From IMG/VR virus record IMGVR_UViG_3300007539_009079: a stretch of DNA of 64,000 bases. One strand, given 5' to 3'. The stretch is from an uncultured virus (IMG/VR IMGVR_UViG_3300007539_009079). Taxonomy: Duplodnaviria > Heunggongvirae > Uroviricota > Caudoviricetes. The translations under genes and the position numbers were made by a program. Numbering within the stretch: the first letter of the stretch is position 1; every line of letters starts with the position of its first letter. Of this stretch, positions 30,077 through 41,900 are shown in pieces. The notes under the pieces were generated by a model. It did not search any database, was not told the origin of the DNA, and worked only from the letters and a program-made list of their open reading frames with translations.

Positions 30077-30325
30077 ATGAATAATGTATCTCTATTGCAG
30101 CAAGAAATAAAAGCCGCACTTGATAAAGCATTTCTAAGTACAGATCCTAGTGCAAGTCAAACTTTATCGACTGAATTAGCGGCTGCGATATCAAAATATT
30201 GTCTAGCATTAGAAGTTAAATTAACATATCCAGATACGGTTCAGGGTGTTTCAACGTGTTCGGTAGGGGGAGGACCACTTATCACATTTGCTGCAGCTAC
30301 AACACTTTTGCAATCTAATCCATAA
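30077..30325 (+). CDS. Small hypothetical baseplate/spike-associated protein
   Basis: 82-aa ORF just before gp25. Confidence 0.6.
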   Translation: MNNVSLLQQEIKAALDKAFLSTDPSASQTLSTELAAAISKYCLALEVKLTYPDTVQGVSTCSVGGGPLITFAAATTLLQSNP

Positions 30326-30342
30326 AATAACCTTAAAATATT

Positions 30343-30350
30343 AATAAATA
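30343..30350 (+). promoter_or_regulatory. Late promoter for gene 25
   Basis: AATAAATA ending 7 nt before ATG 30357. Confidence 0.55.
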
Positions 30351-30356
30351 AAAAAA

Positions 30357-30836
30357 ATGGCAACAAATACAGTACAAGTGGATTATATTAGTAATGATAA
30401 TATAAATGATTTTGACGATGTTGCGAAACAAATTATCAAAGAGAGAGTAAGAAGAAGTCAATCATTAGATTTAGATTTAAAATTAGGATTGAGTCCAACT
30501 TCCGCAGATCTTTCTATTAAAAAAGGTTCAAATTCAATAAAACAATCGATAAAATCTTTAATTCTTACTAATTTTTATGATAAGCTTTTTAGACCGGATG
30601 TTGGTAGTAACATTAGAAATATGCTATTTGAACCTGTTGATTTTGTAAGTGAAAGAATTTTAGAAGAATCGATTAGAACAGTCATCAATAACTTTGAGCC
30701 GAGGGTCAATTTGTTGTCGGTCACAGCAAATGCGGATATGACAGAATATGGTTATGATATAAAAATTGTATTTTCAATTAGAAATACTGGAGAAACGGTA
30801 ACTATAGACACATTCTTACAGGCAACAAGAGGCTAA
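30357..30836 (+). CDS. gp25: Baseplate wedge subunit gp25
   Basis: SIKQSIKSLILTN..FRPDVGS..LFEP..NFEPRV. Confidence 0.92.
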   Translation: MATNTVQVDYISNDNINDFDDVAKQIIKERVRRSQSLDLDLKLGLSPTSADLSIKKGSNSIKQSIKSLILTNFYDKLFRPDVGSNIRNMLFEPVDFVSERILEESIRTVINNFEPRVNLLSVTANADMTEYGYDIKIVFSIRNTGETVTIDTFLQATRG

Positions 30837-30839
30837 AAA

Positions 30840-32657
30840 ATGGATGAACCATTAAAATTAAGAGTATCGGAATTAGATTTTAGTGAAATAAAAAATAATT
30901 TTATAGAATACCTAAAAGCACAAGATTATTTTAGAGATTTTGATTATGAAGGATCTACAATAAATTCTATTTTGGATTTGTTAGCATACAACACACATTA
31001 TAATTCTTTTTACCTAAATATGGTTGCAAATGAAATGTTTGTTGATTCTGCTGTTTTAAGATCATCATTAATATCCATGACAAAATTAATGGGATATAAA
31101 CCCAAAACAAGAACTGGATCACAAGCAAAAATCAACATAACTTTTTCCACTGATGATAATCCCAGTTTAATTACAATTCCTAAAAATACTAAAGTATTTT
31201 CTACCATAAATGGTGTAAATTTTACATTTGTAACTGATAATTCATATAGTTACGAGAACACTAATCTTGATTCCATTGTAACAGTATCAGATATTAATAT
31301 TAAGGAAGGAGAACCTTTAACTTATCAATTTACGGTTGATAATACCGAAGATTCACAAAGATTTATTTTGCCAAATTTAGGAATTGATGAATCCACGGTT
31401 GAGGTATTTGTTCAAGAATCATCAGTTGATACTAGAAGATCTAAATATGTACTTGCATCAAATTTATTTAATATAGGATCAACTTCTAATGTATTTTTTA
31501 CAGAAGAAACTACTGATTTTTATCAAGAAATAATTTTTGGTGATAATGTTTTGGGAAGAAAGCCAAAAAGCGGTAACATTGTAATAGTAAATTATAATGT
31601 TTGCTCTGGATCTCTGGGAAATGGGGCAAATACTTTTTTTGCATTAGGAAATATTGCTGGATATGATTCTTATTCGATTAGTGTTAATGATAAATCATCT
31701 GGCGGATCGGACGAGGAAAGTTTAGAATCCATACGATTTAATGCTCCTAGAAATTATTCTGCACAAAACAGAGCGGTTACCCTTGAGGATTATAAATCAA
31801 TTATTATAAGAGATTATCCTAGCGCACAATCAGTAGTAGTTTATGGTGGTGAATCTGCAGTACCTCCTGTATTTGGCAAGGTTTTTATTGGTATTAGACC
31901 TAAATCAGGTATAACGTTATCAACTTCAGTTAAAAATAGAATTAAAAATGATATATTAAAAAAATATAACATAGCATCTATAACTCCTGAGTTTGTAGAT
32001 ATCGATTACATGGATATTGTTGTTGAATCAATGGTTAAATTCAATTCTTCGTTAACATCTAGATCCATTCAAACTTTAAAAAGTTTAATTTTATCTTCCA
32101 TATTAAATTACTCTTCAACACAATTAGAAACTTTTGAAACTTCTTTCACAATATCATCACTGCAAAGATATATTGATAATACTGATAAATCAATAATCGG
32201 TAATGATACTAAAATTAAATTGAAAAAATCTTTTTTACCTGATTTAGATATAAAAAAGGATTATTCGATAAATTTTAACAATTTATTGCATTATCCATAT
32301 TCTGATTATATTGGAACAATCTCATCCTCCAGTTTTTCTATTGAAGATGATTTAGGAGTAAATAGAGAAAATTGTAAAATAGAAAATAAAAAAAATGTAC
32401 TAACGGTTTACAATTATTCTGATGGTGAAAAAATTACAAGAAGAACTGACATAGGAAAAGTCGATATGGAAACCGGAAGAGTGCAAATTTATGATTTTAA
32501 TCCTTATGCCATAGTGGGGGATAATTTAGATATAATAGCACAAACTGAAAGTAATAATTTATCAGCAATTAATGAACAAATATTTTTAATTAGAAGTAAT
32601 AATGTCAAAATTGAGATGATCGATTTATCAACAACAATAACAACGAATGCTCAATAA
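30840..32657 (+). CDS. gp6: Baseplate wedge subunit gp6
   Basis: ELDFSEIK..DFDYEGS..LAYNTHYN..NEMFVDSA..AQNRAVTLEDY. Confidence 0.95.
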   Translation: MDEPLKLRVSELDFSEIKNNFIEYLKAQDYFRDFDYEGSTINSILDLLAYNTHYNSFYLNMVANEMFVDSAVLRSSLISMTKLMGYKPKTRTGSQAKINITFSTDDNPSLITIPKNTKVFSTINGVNFTFVTDNSYSYENTNLDSIVTVSDINIKEGEPLTYQFTVDNTEDSQRFILPNLGIDESTVEVFVQESSVDTRRSKYVLASNLFNIGSTSNVFFTEETTDFYQEIIFGDNVLGRKPKSGNIVIVNYNVCSGSLGNGANTFFALGNIAGYDSYSISVNDKSSGGSDEESLESIRFNAPRNYSAQNRAVTLEDYKSIIIRDYPSAQSVVVYGGESAVPPVFGKVFIGIRPKSGITLSTSVKNRIKNDILKKYNIASITPEFVDIDYMDIVVESMVKFNSSLTSRSIQTLKSLILSSILNYSSTQLETFETSFTISSLQRYIDNTDKSIIGNDTKIKLKKSFLPDLDIKKDYSINFNNLLHYPYSDYIGTISSSSFSIEDDLGVNRENCKIENKKNVLTVYNYSDGEKITRRTDIGKVDMETGRVQIYDFNPYAIVGDNLDIIAQTESNNLSAINEQIFLIRSNNVKIEMIDLSTTITTNAQ

Positions 32658-32660
32658 AAA

Positions 32661-35600
32661 ATGACTAATTTTCTAAATGACACCGAAAATGTTTTAATAC
32701 AAAAAAGAATTTCTGATTTAGTTCAAAATCAATTACCTGCTTTTTTAGTTGATGAGGCCGATCAATTTGTAGATTTCATGAAAACTTACTACAAGTGGAT
32801 GGAATTACATGAATTAACTTTATACGACATAACTCAATTTGAATATAAGTTTTTTATTGAAGACGGGAATGATTTTATTACAGAAAATGGAGAAAAATTC
32901 ATATTAGAAAGTGAAAGAACAGATCAAAGTGCTTTTATAAAAGATGAACAAATAATCGGCTTAGAATCAGGAGCAACTGCAAATGTAGACAGAAATACTT
33001 ATATTGCTAATAAAAAGTTATATCTTAAAAATTTAACAAAAACAGACTTCATTGAAAATGAATTAGTGGAAGGTCAAACATCTAGAGTTAGAGCAAACGT
33101 AAAAACTTTTTTTAAAAATCCAATGTTTGCCTCTAGATCTTTATTGAAAAATTTAGATATTAATACATCAACAACAACTTTTTTGGATTTGTTTTTTAAT
33201 CAATTTTTAGTCAATTTTGACTTGGGTGTCAAAACAGATAAAAGAAATCTTATTAAGCATATAATAGAGGTTTATCGATCTAAAGGTTCATCCATTTCTT
33301 TTGATTTCTTATTTAAAACTCTTTACGATGAACAAAATTTAGTTTTCTATTCACCTAAAGAAGACATATTTAATTTATCATCTGGAGATTGGGTTTCGAA
33401 TAAAATATTGCGAATTCAAACTACAGATCCGATTACTGTATTTGAAGGTAGACAAATAACAGGAATTAAAAGTTTAACTACTGCAATTGTTGATAGAATT
33501 GAAAGATTTGCTCTAGGTAATTTAACTATTACAGAATTATACTTGATAGACATACGAGGAAGATTTGTAATCGGTGAAATTATAAGAACTAATGTTGTTG
33601 ACGATACATTCGGAGAAGGTAAAGCACTAGGTGTTTTGACTAATATAAACATTACAAATCCAGGAACAAATTATAATGTAGGGGACCTTTTAACAATTAC
33701 CGGAGGTGGAGGATTAGAAGCGACTGCAAGAATCAAAGAAGTTGCAACTGGTGTGTTAACTGATTTTGGGATTATAGATGGCGGGGATGGATATTCATTA
33801 GATTCTGAATTAACTGTTAATAATTTTGGTACAAGAGGTTCTGGTTTTGCCGGTAGAATATCAGAAATTCAAAATGCTTATACTTATAATTTTAATAGTG
33901 ACATAATTTTTGATTTCGCAGGAGTATTATTATCAGCGGATAAGTATGGTATGTCAGGTGATCCTGAAGCAAATCATTATGATAGATTAGTAGATGCCTT
34001 AGGATTTAAAAAAGTAAATTCAGGTCCTATAACTTCTATAAAAACATTAGTTATTGGTACAAACTATCAATCATTACCGAAAATAACTGCCACTGATAAA
34101 GTTGTATTAAAATTAGCAGAAGATAGTGGAGTTAAAATTTTAAATTTAAATTCAGATCCTGATTCATCTGTATTTACGCCTGCAATAACTGGATTTTTTG
34201 ATCCGGGCGAAAGAATTTACTCTACGACTGAAAATGGTTCAAAAATTGGAACATTTCTAGGATTAGTTTATAATGATGATAGTTTACAAGATGCTTCTAG
34301 GATGAGAGTTAAAAATTCTCAATATTTAGGTGTTTATGGATTAGGTGCAAATGATTTAAATGTAGATAATTCAGAATATTATAATCAAGATTATCCCACT
34401 ATATATGATGTAAAAGTTTCATTAGGTGGAAAAGATGCAGCAAATCAAATCAAAATTCGTAGAGGTTTGAGAGCAAACAATCCGTTAATTAATTCTGCAA
34501 CAGATTATACGGAAATTGAATATATCGATCAACCAATAGAAATGACTGCAGATTGGCAAGTTTTATTTTTTCCAATAGAATCTATAACCAAATCAGGAAC
34601 AGAAGCTACAGTTACAACATCATATAAGCATGGCTTAAATACTGGATTGACTGTTAATATAACCGGTGCAAATGATGGTTCTTATTTGGGACTAAAAGAA
34701 ATAGAAGTTGTTTCTGTTTATCAATTTAAATTTGAAGTTCCCGTTTATGCAACAACGCCTGTAACAGGAGATTTATTTTATGACGAGGGTATCAAAGTAA
34801 AATTTACTATTCCATATAATCATGATTTAAACGATAGATACCTATTTTCTGCTGTAGATTTTAATTCCAATGAAGAAATATTTGGTTATTCGAGTGGAGC
34901 AACAGCAACAGTTAATACCGGTGCAGCATTTAGTCCGAATTTGAATAAAGGCGAAAATGCTATCATAAAAGGTGTCGCAAAACTTAGTGATGCGGGGTCA
35001 ATCGGAGAAATAGAAATAACTAATGTAGGTGCTGGTTATTCTACTGCCCCTACCATATCAATGACCACTTTGGGAGATGGTAATGCGAGATTAACTGCCA
35101 ATATTGGAACTATTGCTAATACTTCTGGGAAATATGATGATGAAAATGGATTTTTAAGTTATGGTAAAAAAATATTTGATGGGTATTATTATCAAAATTA
35201 TTCATATGTTCTAAAAAGCAAAATACAATTAAATGAATATGAACAAGTGGTTAAAAAATTAATGCATCCAATAGGCACTAAAATGTTTGGTGAATATATT
35301 GTGCCTACTGATGATTTGATTTTTAGTTTTGACAATTTCTTATCTTTTGAAGACGGTTCTCCTATATATCTTGAAAATCAATCCGTGAATAGAATTATAG
35401 CCGAAAAATATTTTGAGCCAAATCATGATATAGATTTTTACATTAGAAAAGATATTGTGAAAGATGGTTCGGGTACATTAGTAAAAATTCAAGGTGGAAA
35501 CAATATAGTTATTTCTACGAGTACTAATCCTAACTTAAACCAAGATTTTGTCGCAAATTCTAATGTGATAATTGATAATGAGCAAAAATTTACAGCATCT

Positions 35601-37163
35601 TACGGAGAATTAAAATTAGAACACAATTTTAAAGGAAAAATAATATCAGATAGTCAAAATACCTTAAGCAGATTAATATTAAACAATCCAGTTACATATA
35701 AAAAAGAAAATTTATTTATTTTAGAAAATTATGATCAATTAGTATTGGAAGATGGATATTCATTATTAGGTTTAGAAAATTATGAATATAGTGAAGGAAC
35801 ATTTAGACCATTTCAAATTGATGAACCTATATATCAGAGAAAATCTGATGGTCAATTGTCAAAATCAGTTGTTTTAAATCAGGGTCTCAATCAAGATAAT
35901 AATTTAGTTTTAGTTACTCACAGCTTTACTGAAGATCAATATGATTTAAAAACTAATGTTTTTACTGATTTAATAACAGGTGAAATAATTAGTGCAACAT
36001 CTAATTTAATGTTCACATATTCTTACGATTATCCTTTACCAAAAGTTATCGATTTATCTTACACTAGAACCTCAATTACTTTTGAAACAGAAGTTAATCA
36101 TAAAATGAAAGATTATGATACTTTGATAGTAAAAAACTCTCCCATATATACTACAACTTCAGGAGAAAGTTTTAGATACTATGATGGATTATATTCTGTA
36201 AAAGTTTTAACTGATAAAAAAATACAAATAAATACAAATTTTTTCATCACTACTGATATAGCACCAAATTTTTATTCGGCAAATTTGAGTAATAGACAAT
36301 CTGGAGATTTTCAAAATGATTTTAAAGTTGGTGATATTATTACTTTTCAAAATAACAATTATGAGACAGAAATATTATCAATTATAAATGCCACTTGTGT
36401 TTCAACATCAACTAGAATAGATTCTGATATAATAGATTCATTTAACATCTTAACAGAAAATTATTATGGTAATCAACCTTTAATTCTTGAGGATGATAAT
36501 AATACAGTCTATTACACTTTGGAAAGTAGATATCCTAATGAAACCATCTATGATAAAAAAGATTTAGATTATTATATGATTATGGAGCAAACGGTTCGTG
36601 GTCACACATCTGCAAATGGTTTAAGTGATGGTTATGCAACTCTAAAAGGTATTGATTCTAAATTTCATTTTGATTTATCCGTGAATGATATAATATCATT
36701 GTCATCTAAACCTAATTTAAAGTCAAAAATTTTACAAATAAATGATTTTGATGTAATAAAATTAGAAAACGGATTTAATTTGATGTTAGAAAATGATGAA
36801 GAATTTGATAGATTTTTGAGTGAAACAACAACAATCGAATATCAAGAGTTAGTACTAGACAGGCCATTGGGAGATGGTACTAGAAATCAGACGTTTAAAT
36901 TATTTTCTACCAGAAATTTAGATTTAGAGGATATGGAGAATACTCTATATTTAAATAATCCGTATGACGGTTCTAATAATTATGTTTATGTTAAATCATC
37001 TTTAACAGATATTTTAGATGAAGGATTGTTATTATTAGAAGATGGTATAGGTACTGGTAATATTTTATATAATGGAACATCATCTAATGAAGGTAAAATG
37101 TTGTACGAATCTAATACAGCATTTAATGACGTAAAATTAATTAAAGAAATTAAATATTATTAA
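32661..37163 (+). CDS. gp7: Baseplate wedge initiator gp7-like
   Basis: QLPAF..FMKTYYKWME..YRSKGS..YYYQNYSYVLKS..HPIGTKMFGE; between gp6 and gp8. Confidence 0.8.
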   Translation: MTNFLNDTENVLIQKRISDLVQNQLPAFLVDEADQFVDFMKTYYKWMELHELTLYDITQFEYKFFIEDGNDFITENGEKFILESERTDQSAFIKDEQIIGLESGATANVDRNTYIANKKLYLKNLTKTDFIENELVEGQTSRVRANVKTFFKNPMFASRSLLKNLDINTSTTTFLDLFFNQFLVNFDLGVKTDKRNLIKHIIEVYRSKGSSISFDFLFKTLYDEQNLVFYSPKEDIFNLSSGDWVSNKILRIQTTDPITVFEGRQITGIKSLTTAIVDRIERFALGNLTITELYLIDIRGRFVIGEIIRTNVVDDTFGEGKALGVLTNINITNPGTNYNVGDLLTITGGGGLEATARIKEVATGVLTDFGIIDGGDGYSLDSELTVNNFGTRGSGFAGRISEIQNAYTYNFNSDIIFDFAGVLLSADKYGMSGDPEANHYDRLVDALGFKKVNSGPITSIKTLVIGTNYQSLPKITATDKVVLKLAEDSGVKILNLNSDPDSSVFTPAITGFFDPGERIYSTTENGSKIGTFLGLVYNDDSLQDASRMRVKNSQYLGVYGLGANDLNVDNSEYYNQDYPTIYDVKVSLGGKDAANQIKIRRGLRANNPLINSATDYTEIEYIDQPIEMTADWQVLFFPIESITKSGTEATVTTSYKHGLNTGLTVNITGANDGSYLGLKEIEVVSVYQFKFEVPVYATTPVTGDLFYDEGIKVKFTIPYNHDLNDRYLFSAVDFNSNEEIFGYSSGATATVNTGAAFSPNLNKGENAIIKGVAKLSDAGSIGEIEITNVGAGYSTAPTISMTTLGDGNARLTANIGTIANTSGKYDDENGFLSYGKKIFDGYYYQNYSYVLKSKIQLNEYEQVVKKLMHPIGTKMFGEYIVPTDDLIFSFDNFLSFEDGSPIYLENQSVNRIIAEKYFEPNHDIDFYIRKDIVKDGSGTLVKIQGGNNIVISTSTNPNLNQDFVANSNVIIDNEQKFTASYGELKLEHNFKGKIISDSQNTLSRLILNNPVTYKKENLFILENYDQLVLEDGYSLLGLENYEYSEGTFRPFQIDEPIYQRKSDGQLSKSVVLNQGLNQDNNLVLVTHSFTEDQYDLKTNVFTDLITGEIISATSNLMFTYSYDYPLPKVIDLSYTRTSITFETEVNHKMKDYDTLIVKNSPIYTTTSGESFRYYDGLYSVKVLTDKKIQINTNFFITTDIAPNFYSANLSNRQSGDFQNDFKVGDIITFQNNNYETEILSIINATCVSTSTRIDSDIIDSFNILTENYYGNQPLILEDDNNTVYYTLESRYPNETIYDKKDLDYYMIMEQTVRGHTSANGLSDGYATLKGIDSKFHFDLSVNDIISLSSKPNLKSKILQINDFDVIKLENGFNLMLENDEEFDRFLSETTTIEYQELVLDRPLGDGTRNQTFKLFSTRNLDLEDMENTLYLNNPYDGSNNYVYVKSSLTDILDEGLLLLEDGIGTGNILYNGTSSNEGKMLYESNTAFNDVKLIKEIKYY

Positions 37164-37168
37164 AAATT

Positions 37169-37176
37169 CATAAATA
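37169..37176 (+). promoter_or_regulatory. Late promoter for gene 8
   Basis: CATAAATA ending 6 nt before ATG 37182. Confidence 0.65.
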
Positions 37177-37181
37177 CTAAT

Positions 37182-38960
37182 ATGCCTAGATTAATTACAG
37201 ATAAATTTAAAATACACGTAGCCGAACAAATTGTAGAATCAATTTCCGAAATAGATCCTACAAATTTATATTTGTTTATTGGCAAAACGGATGGATGGAG
37301 CGATGAAGATAATCCTCCTGCCCCAACTTCTTCAATAGCAAATACTAGTTATAATTACTGGAATGATATGTTATCAGCAAAAAAAGTAACACCTGCAGAT
37401 ATTAAACATATTATACCCAGAATTAGTTGGTCATTTGATTCAAATTATTTTGCGTATACTCATGATTCCAATGAATTATTTGAAAATGATTTTTATGTTG
37501 TAACAGATGATAATAATGTTTATAAATGTTTACAAAATAATTTATCTAATGGCGCATCAACTGTTAAGCCAACTGGTACTGGAGTTAGTATTATTGAAAC
37601 TACTGATGGTTATAAATGGAAATTTATGTATACCATAAAACCTCAAGATGTTTTAAAGTTTAGCGATTCTAATTTCATACCTGTTCAAAAAGTCAGTATT
37701 GGAACAATCGTAGGAAATCAAAAAGATGTGGAAGATACTGCAATAAATGGATCAATAGACATCATATCAAAACAATCTAATGGGTATTTTAAAGTAACAT
37801 TACAATCCGATCCAGTCAATTTAGATGGAGAAACACAAGATTTTATAATAGGAGAAACACTTTATTCTCCTGTGAGTAATACTTATGGAGAATTGATTGA
37901 ATTTAATAATGGAAATACTGATATTATAGTTAATCCTTTGGGTGAAAAATTTTCAAAGGATGAGGTTATAATAGGCAGTTTATCAGGTGCTAGAGGCACT
38001 ATTTTATTAGATCCCGTATCAACATATAAATTTAATGAAGGTCGGTTAACGTCTGTTTTAAATTCAACGGCTTTATTTTTATCAAGTACTGCGGATAGCC
38101 AATATGATAACATTTACGTGGATTCAACAATTTACATTACAAATAATGCCGGACAAGGAGAACAATCAAAAATTATTAGGTATGATTCACAATCTAGAAG
38201 AATAATAGTAGAAACTCCTTTTACGGTGACTCCAAATACTTCATCTGGTTATATTATATCTCCTAGTTTAAATATAAAAGGTGATGGAAAACAGGCAATA
38301 GGCAGAACTATTGGTAACAATACTCATGGGGTCACAGCAACTTTGATATCAAATAAAGGTTATGATTATACATACGCAACTGCAACAATATATGCCAACA
38401 CTCAACACGGTGTTGGAGCATCATCTAAAGTAATAATAGGACCAGTTGGCGGTCATGGTAAAAATGCGATTGAAGAATTAAATGGTAATAGACTAATGAT
38501 TGATATGACGTTGAATGGAAATGAATTTGGATTTTTTACTACATCAAATGATTATAGACAATTTGGTTTATTAAGAGATCCTATTGATTTTACAGATGGA
38601 AGTTTTTTTGACGAAATATATGCCAGTCAAATGATCACGTTGGAATTGATTGAAATGTCTGGAAGATTTACATTGGATGAAAAAATTTATGTAGGAGATA
38701 CATTGTCGAATAGTACAGCTAATGGTTTTTTAGTTGATTTTTCGACAAGAGATAAAATGAGGTTGAATTCCGTTTTTGGTAATTTTTCTGTAGATTCTAG
38801 AATTACCGGAGATCAATCTGGCGCAACTGCAAAAATTTCACAAGTAACAGAAAGAAGCATGAAACCTTATAGTGGTGATATTTTGTATATTGAAAATAAA
38901 AAAACAGTACAAAGATTAATGGATCAAGTTGAAAATTATAAGATAATTCTGGAGTTTTAA
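37182..38960 (+). CDS. gp8: Baseplate wedge subunit gp8
   Basis: YLFIGK..FYVVT..VYKCL..DGYKWKFMYTI..GGHG..SGDILYIEN..KIILEF. Confidence 0.92.
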   Translation: MPRLITDKFKIHVAEQIVESISEIDPTNLYLFIGKTDGWSDEDNPPAPTSSIANTSYNYWNDMLSAKKVTPADIKHIIPRISWSFDSNYFAYTHDSNELFENDFYVVTDDNNVYKCLQNNLSNGASTVKPTGTGVSIIETTDGYKWKFMYTIKPQDVLKFSDSNFIPVQKVSIGTIVGNQKDVEDTAINGSIDIISKQSNGYFKVTLQSDPVNLDGETQDFIIGETLYSPVSNTYGELIEFNNGNTDIIVNPLGEKFSKDEVIIGSLSGARGTILLDPVSTYKFNEGRLTSVLNSTALFLSSTADSQYDNIYVDSTIYITNNAGQGEQSKIIRYDSQSRRIIVETPFTVTPNTSSGYIISPSLNIKGDGKQAIGRTIGNNTHGVTATLISNKGYDYTYATATIYANTQHGVGASSKVIIGPVGGHGKNAIEELNGNRLMIDMTLNGNEFGFFTTSNDYRQFGLLRDPIDFTDGSFFDEIYASQMITLELIEMSGRFTLDEKIYVGDTLSNSTANGFLVDFSTRDKMRLNSVFGNFSVDSRITGDQSGATAKISQVTERSMKPYSGDILYIENKKTVQRLMDQVENYKIILEF

Positions 38961-38963
38961 CAA

Positions 38964-41900
38964 ATGCCGAAACTAACACAAAATTTTAACGTTTCTCCTT
39001 ATTTTGATGATTTTTCAGAAAATAATGAATTTTATAAAATTCTTTTTCGACCAGGATTTTCTGTTCAAGCGAGAGAAATAAATCAATTACAATCAATATT
39101 GCAAAATCAAATTGAAAAATTAGGAGATATAAACTATTCTAATGGATCTAGAGTTTTTGGTGGAGATTTGACAATAAACACAAAAATCAATTCTCTAACC
39201 ATAAAGGTCGAATATTTAGGTGATGAAATAAATGTAAATAATTTCATAGGTAGAACAATACAAGGTCAGACCTCCTTAGCAAAGGCACAAGTTGTAGCTG
39301 CTTCAATTTATACTAATCAAGATAATAATACATTAATGATTAATTATTTTGGAGAAACATTGTTTCTAGATGGAGAAGTGATCAATACAATTGATGAAGG
39401 GATATCTTATTTTGGAGTTGTAACAGATAGTAGTGACGGTATCTTATTTTCTGAAACATTAATAACGAGTTTATCTTCTGGCAAAGGTTCCGTATGTGGT
39501 ATAAGTGAAGGTATTTTTTATTTGGGCGGATACTTTTTGTATATTCCAGAACAAACAATAATTTTGGATAAGTTTTCCGATAAACCAACATATAGAATAG
39601 GTTTAGAAATAGATGAAAGTATCATTTCATCTATCGAAGACACAAAATTATTAGATAATGCGTTAGGTTTTCCTAATTATGCTGCTCCAGGTGCAAATAG
39701 GTATAAAATATCATTAAGTTTAGTTAAGAAAGAATTTTTTGAAGAAGGTAAACAAATTTTGCCTGCTGGTGTAACTTTTACAATTGATGAAAAAGATTAT
39801 AAAACAGGTCAAATTACAATTACCACGGCAACAGATCATAATGTTGTTGTTGGAGACACCGTGGTTGTGACTGGGGCATTAGATAATTCTGTAAATGGTA
39901 AATATGTAGTAAATAAAGTAGGATCTAGCATATCATTTGGTTATAAAATTTCAGGAAAACCTTCCAGCACTGTGATAGGGGATATAAAATATATTAAAGG
40001 TATCGTTGATCCGATTGAACAGACCAGCTCCTCAAATTTTATTGAAATGTTAAGACTAGAAAATGGAGAAAAAACAGAAGAAGTCACATATCCTATTCTA
40101 GGTGAAATAGAAAAAACATTAGCTAAAAGAACTTATGATACTAATGGAGATTTTACAGTAAGATTATTTCCAATAAGCATCAAACAACATAGAATTAATG
40201 GTGTAGCAACAAATAGAACTGTACAAAATACATTTGTCGGTTTTTCTGGTAGTGGTACAAATTTTGTTAGTGATTTAAATCAAGGCGATACAATATTTTT
40301 ATCAGGAAATACGACAAAAACTGCTATAGTAAATACCATCACTAATTCTACTTATTTGCTATTATCTACAGCATCGACTAGTTTAGGTAATGGAACTGAA
40401 AGTCAAAGAATTGGCATAGAATCAAAATTAACTCTTGAATTAGGTCCAGGAAAAGCATATGTTAAAGGTTATGAATTCGAAACTCTTACAAATAAAAATT
40501 TAAATTTGAGTAAAGCAAGAGACACTAGATCGGTCATAAATGAACAGCAAGGTCTAGATTTTGGACCATATTTAAAAGTCACTGATTATTTTGCAAATAA
40601 CATCGTAGATAGTGGAATTGATACCGCAAATGGCGGAGGATCCGGAATGGACATTTTTGATTTACACCTTGTCAAATGGCCATCTACATCTAGAACTGAT
40701 GGAACATTAAATTTAATACAACACGATACGGAAGGGGAAATATCATTTGTTGGTATTAATGATACTTCAACCGATTTGATTAACAATACAAAAATTGGCA
40801 CTGCAAGAATTAGACAAATTGATCATTTGGGCGGTAGATCTTCTTCTGTAAATTCTAAGTATGCGACTAATAGTACTGATAGAACATATCATCGACTATA
40901 TCCAGCATTATTTAATTTACATTTATTTGATTTTAGATTCTCTAAAAAAGAAGGAACTGTAACAGCATCAAATGCTAATATTAATCAAATCACATTAGAC
41001 GATCAATTTAAAACTGTGAATTGTCTATTTGGTGCAACTATTACGGTTAATACTAATTTCTTGGGAATAAAAACTTCGGACACAAGAAAAATCATTTCGT
41101 ATGAAGGAAATAGTCCTAATGCTTCTGTTGAATATATGGCAGTGTTGGATCAAGATTTATCGCAACCAACACAATCTGATACAACTTATACAATAAATTT
41201 TTCAATCAAAGATGTTAGATCAGGTATTAAAATTAAAGATACTGGAGCAGGATCGTCAGTAATAACCTCAGGATTTAATATTGATGTTTCGGGTAAAAGC
41301 ACATTGACTGATGAGGGTGATACGGTTTTATTTGATAACAATGATGATCAAAGAACATTATTGTTTCCTTTCAACAATAAAGCAATTGCATCAACATCTA
41401 ATAGAGATTATAAATTTAAAAGAACATTTACAACACAATTAAGTGGAAATGTTGCAACATTTAATACACCTTTCGGCTCAAATGAAAAATTCTTTCCTGG
41501 AACAATATCAGATTTAACATTGTCTGAAAGTCAAGCAGAAGAAAATTATGTAATCACAATCTTAGATCCGGATGGATCACAAACTGGAGTTGAAGGAGAT
41601 TACATCGAATTTTCTAATACATCTGGTACAGGTTTATCGACCGGTAGAAGTATTCGTACATCATTAGCTGCACAACAATTAATTATAGATGTTGAAACGG
41701 ATCATCCATCAAGATTGGATTATGATTACTCAGACAAATATATACATGTTTCTGCTACAATGATATCAGAAGATTCTAGTGTAGGTGCAGAAATTGGTAA
41801 AAAAATATTGGTAACAGGTAATGTATCTGGAGCATTGATTAATTCAACAACTTCAACAATTAGTCCGAATTTATTACAGGCGCAGCAAGGACAAATTGCT

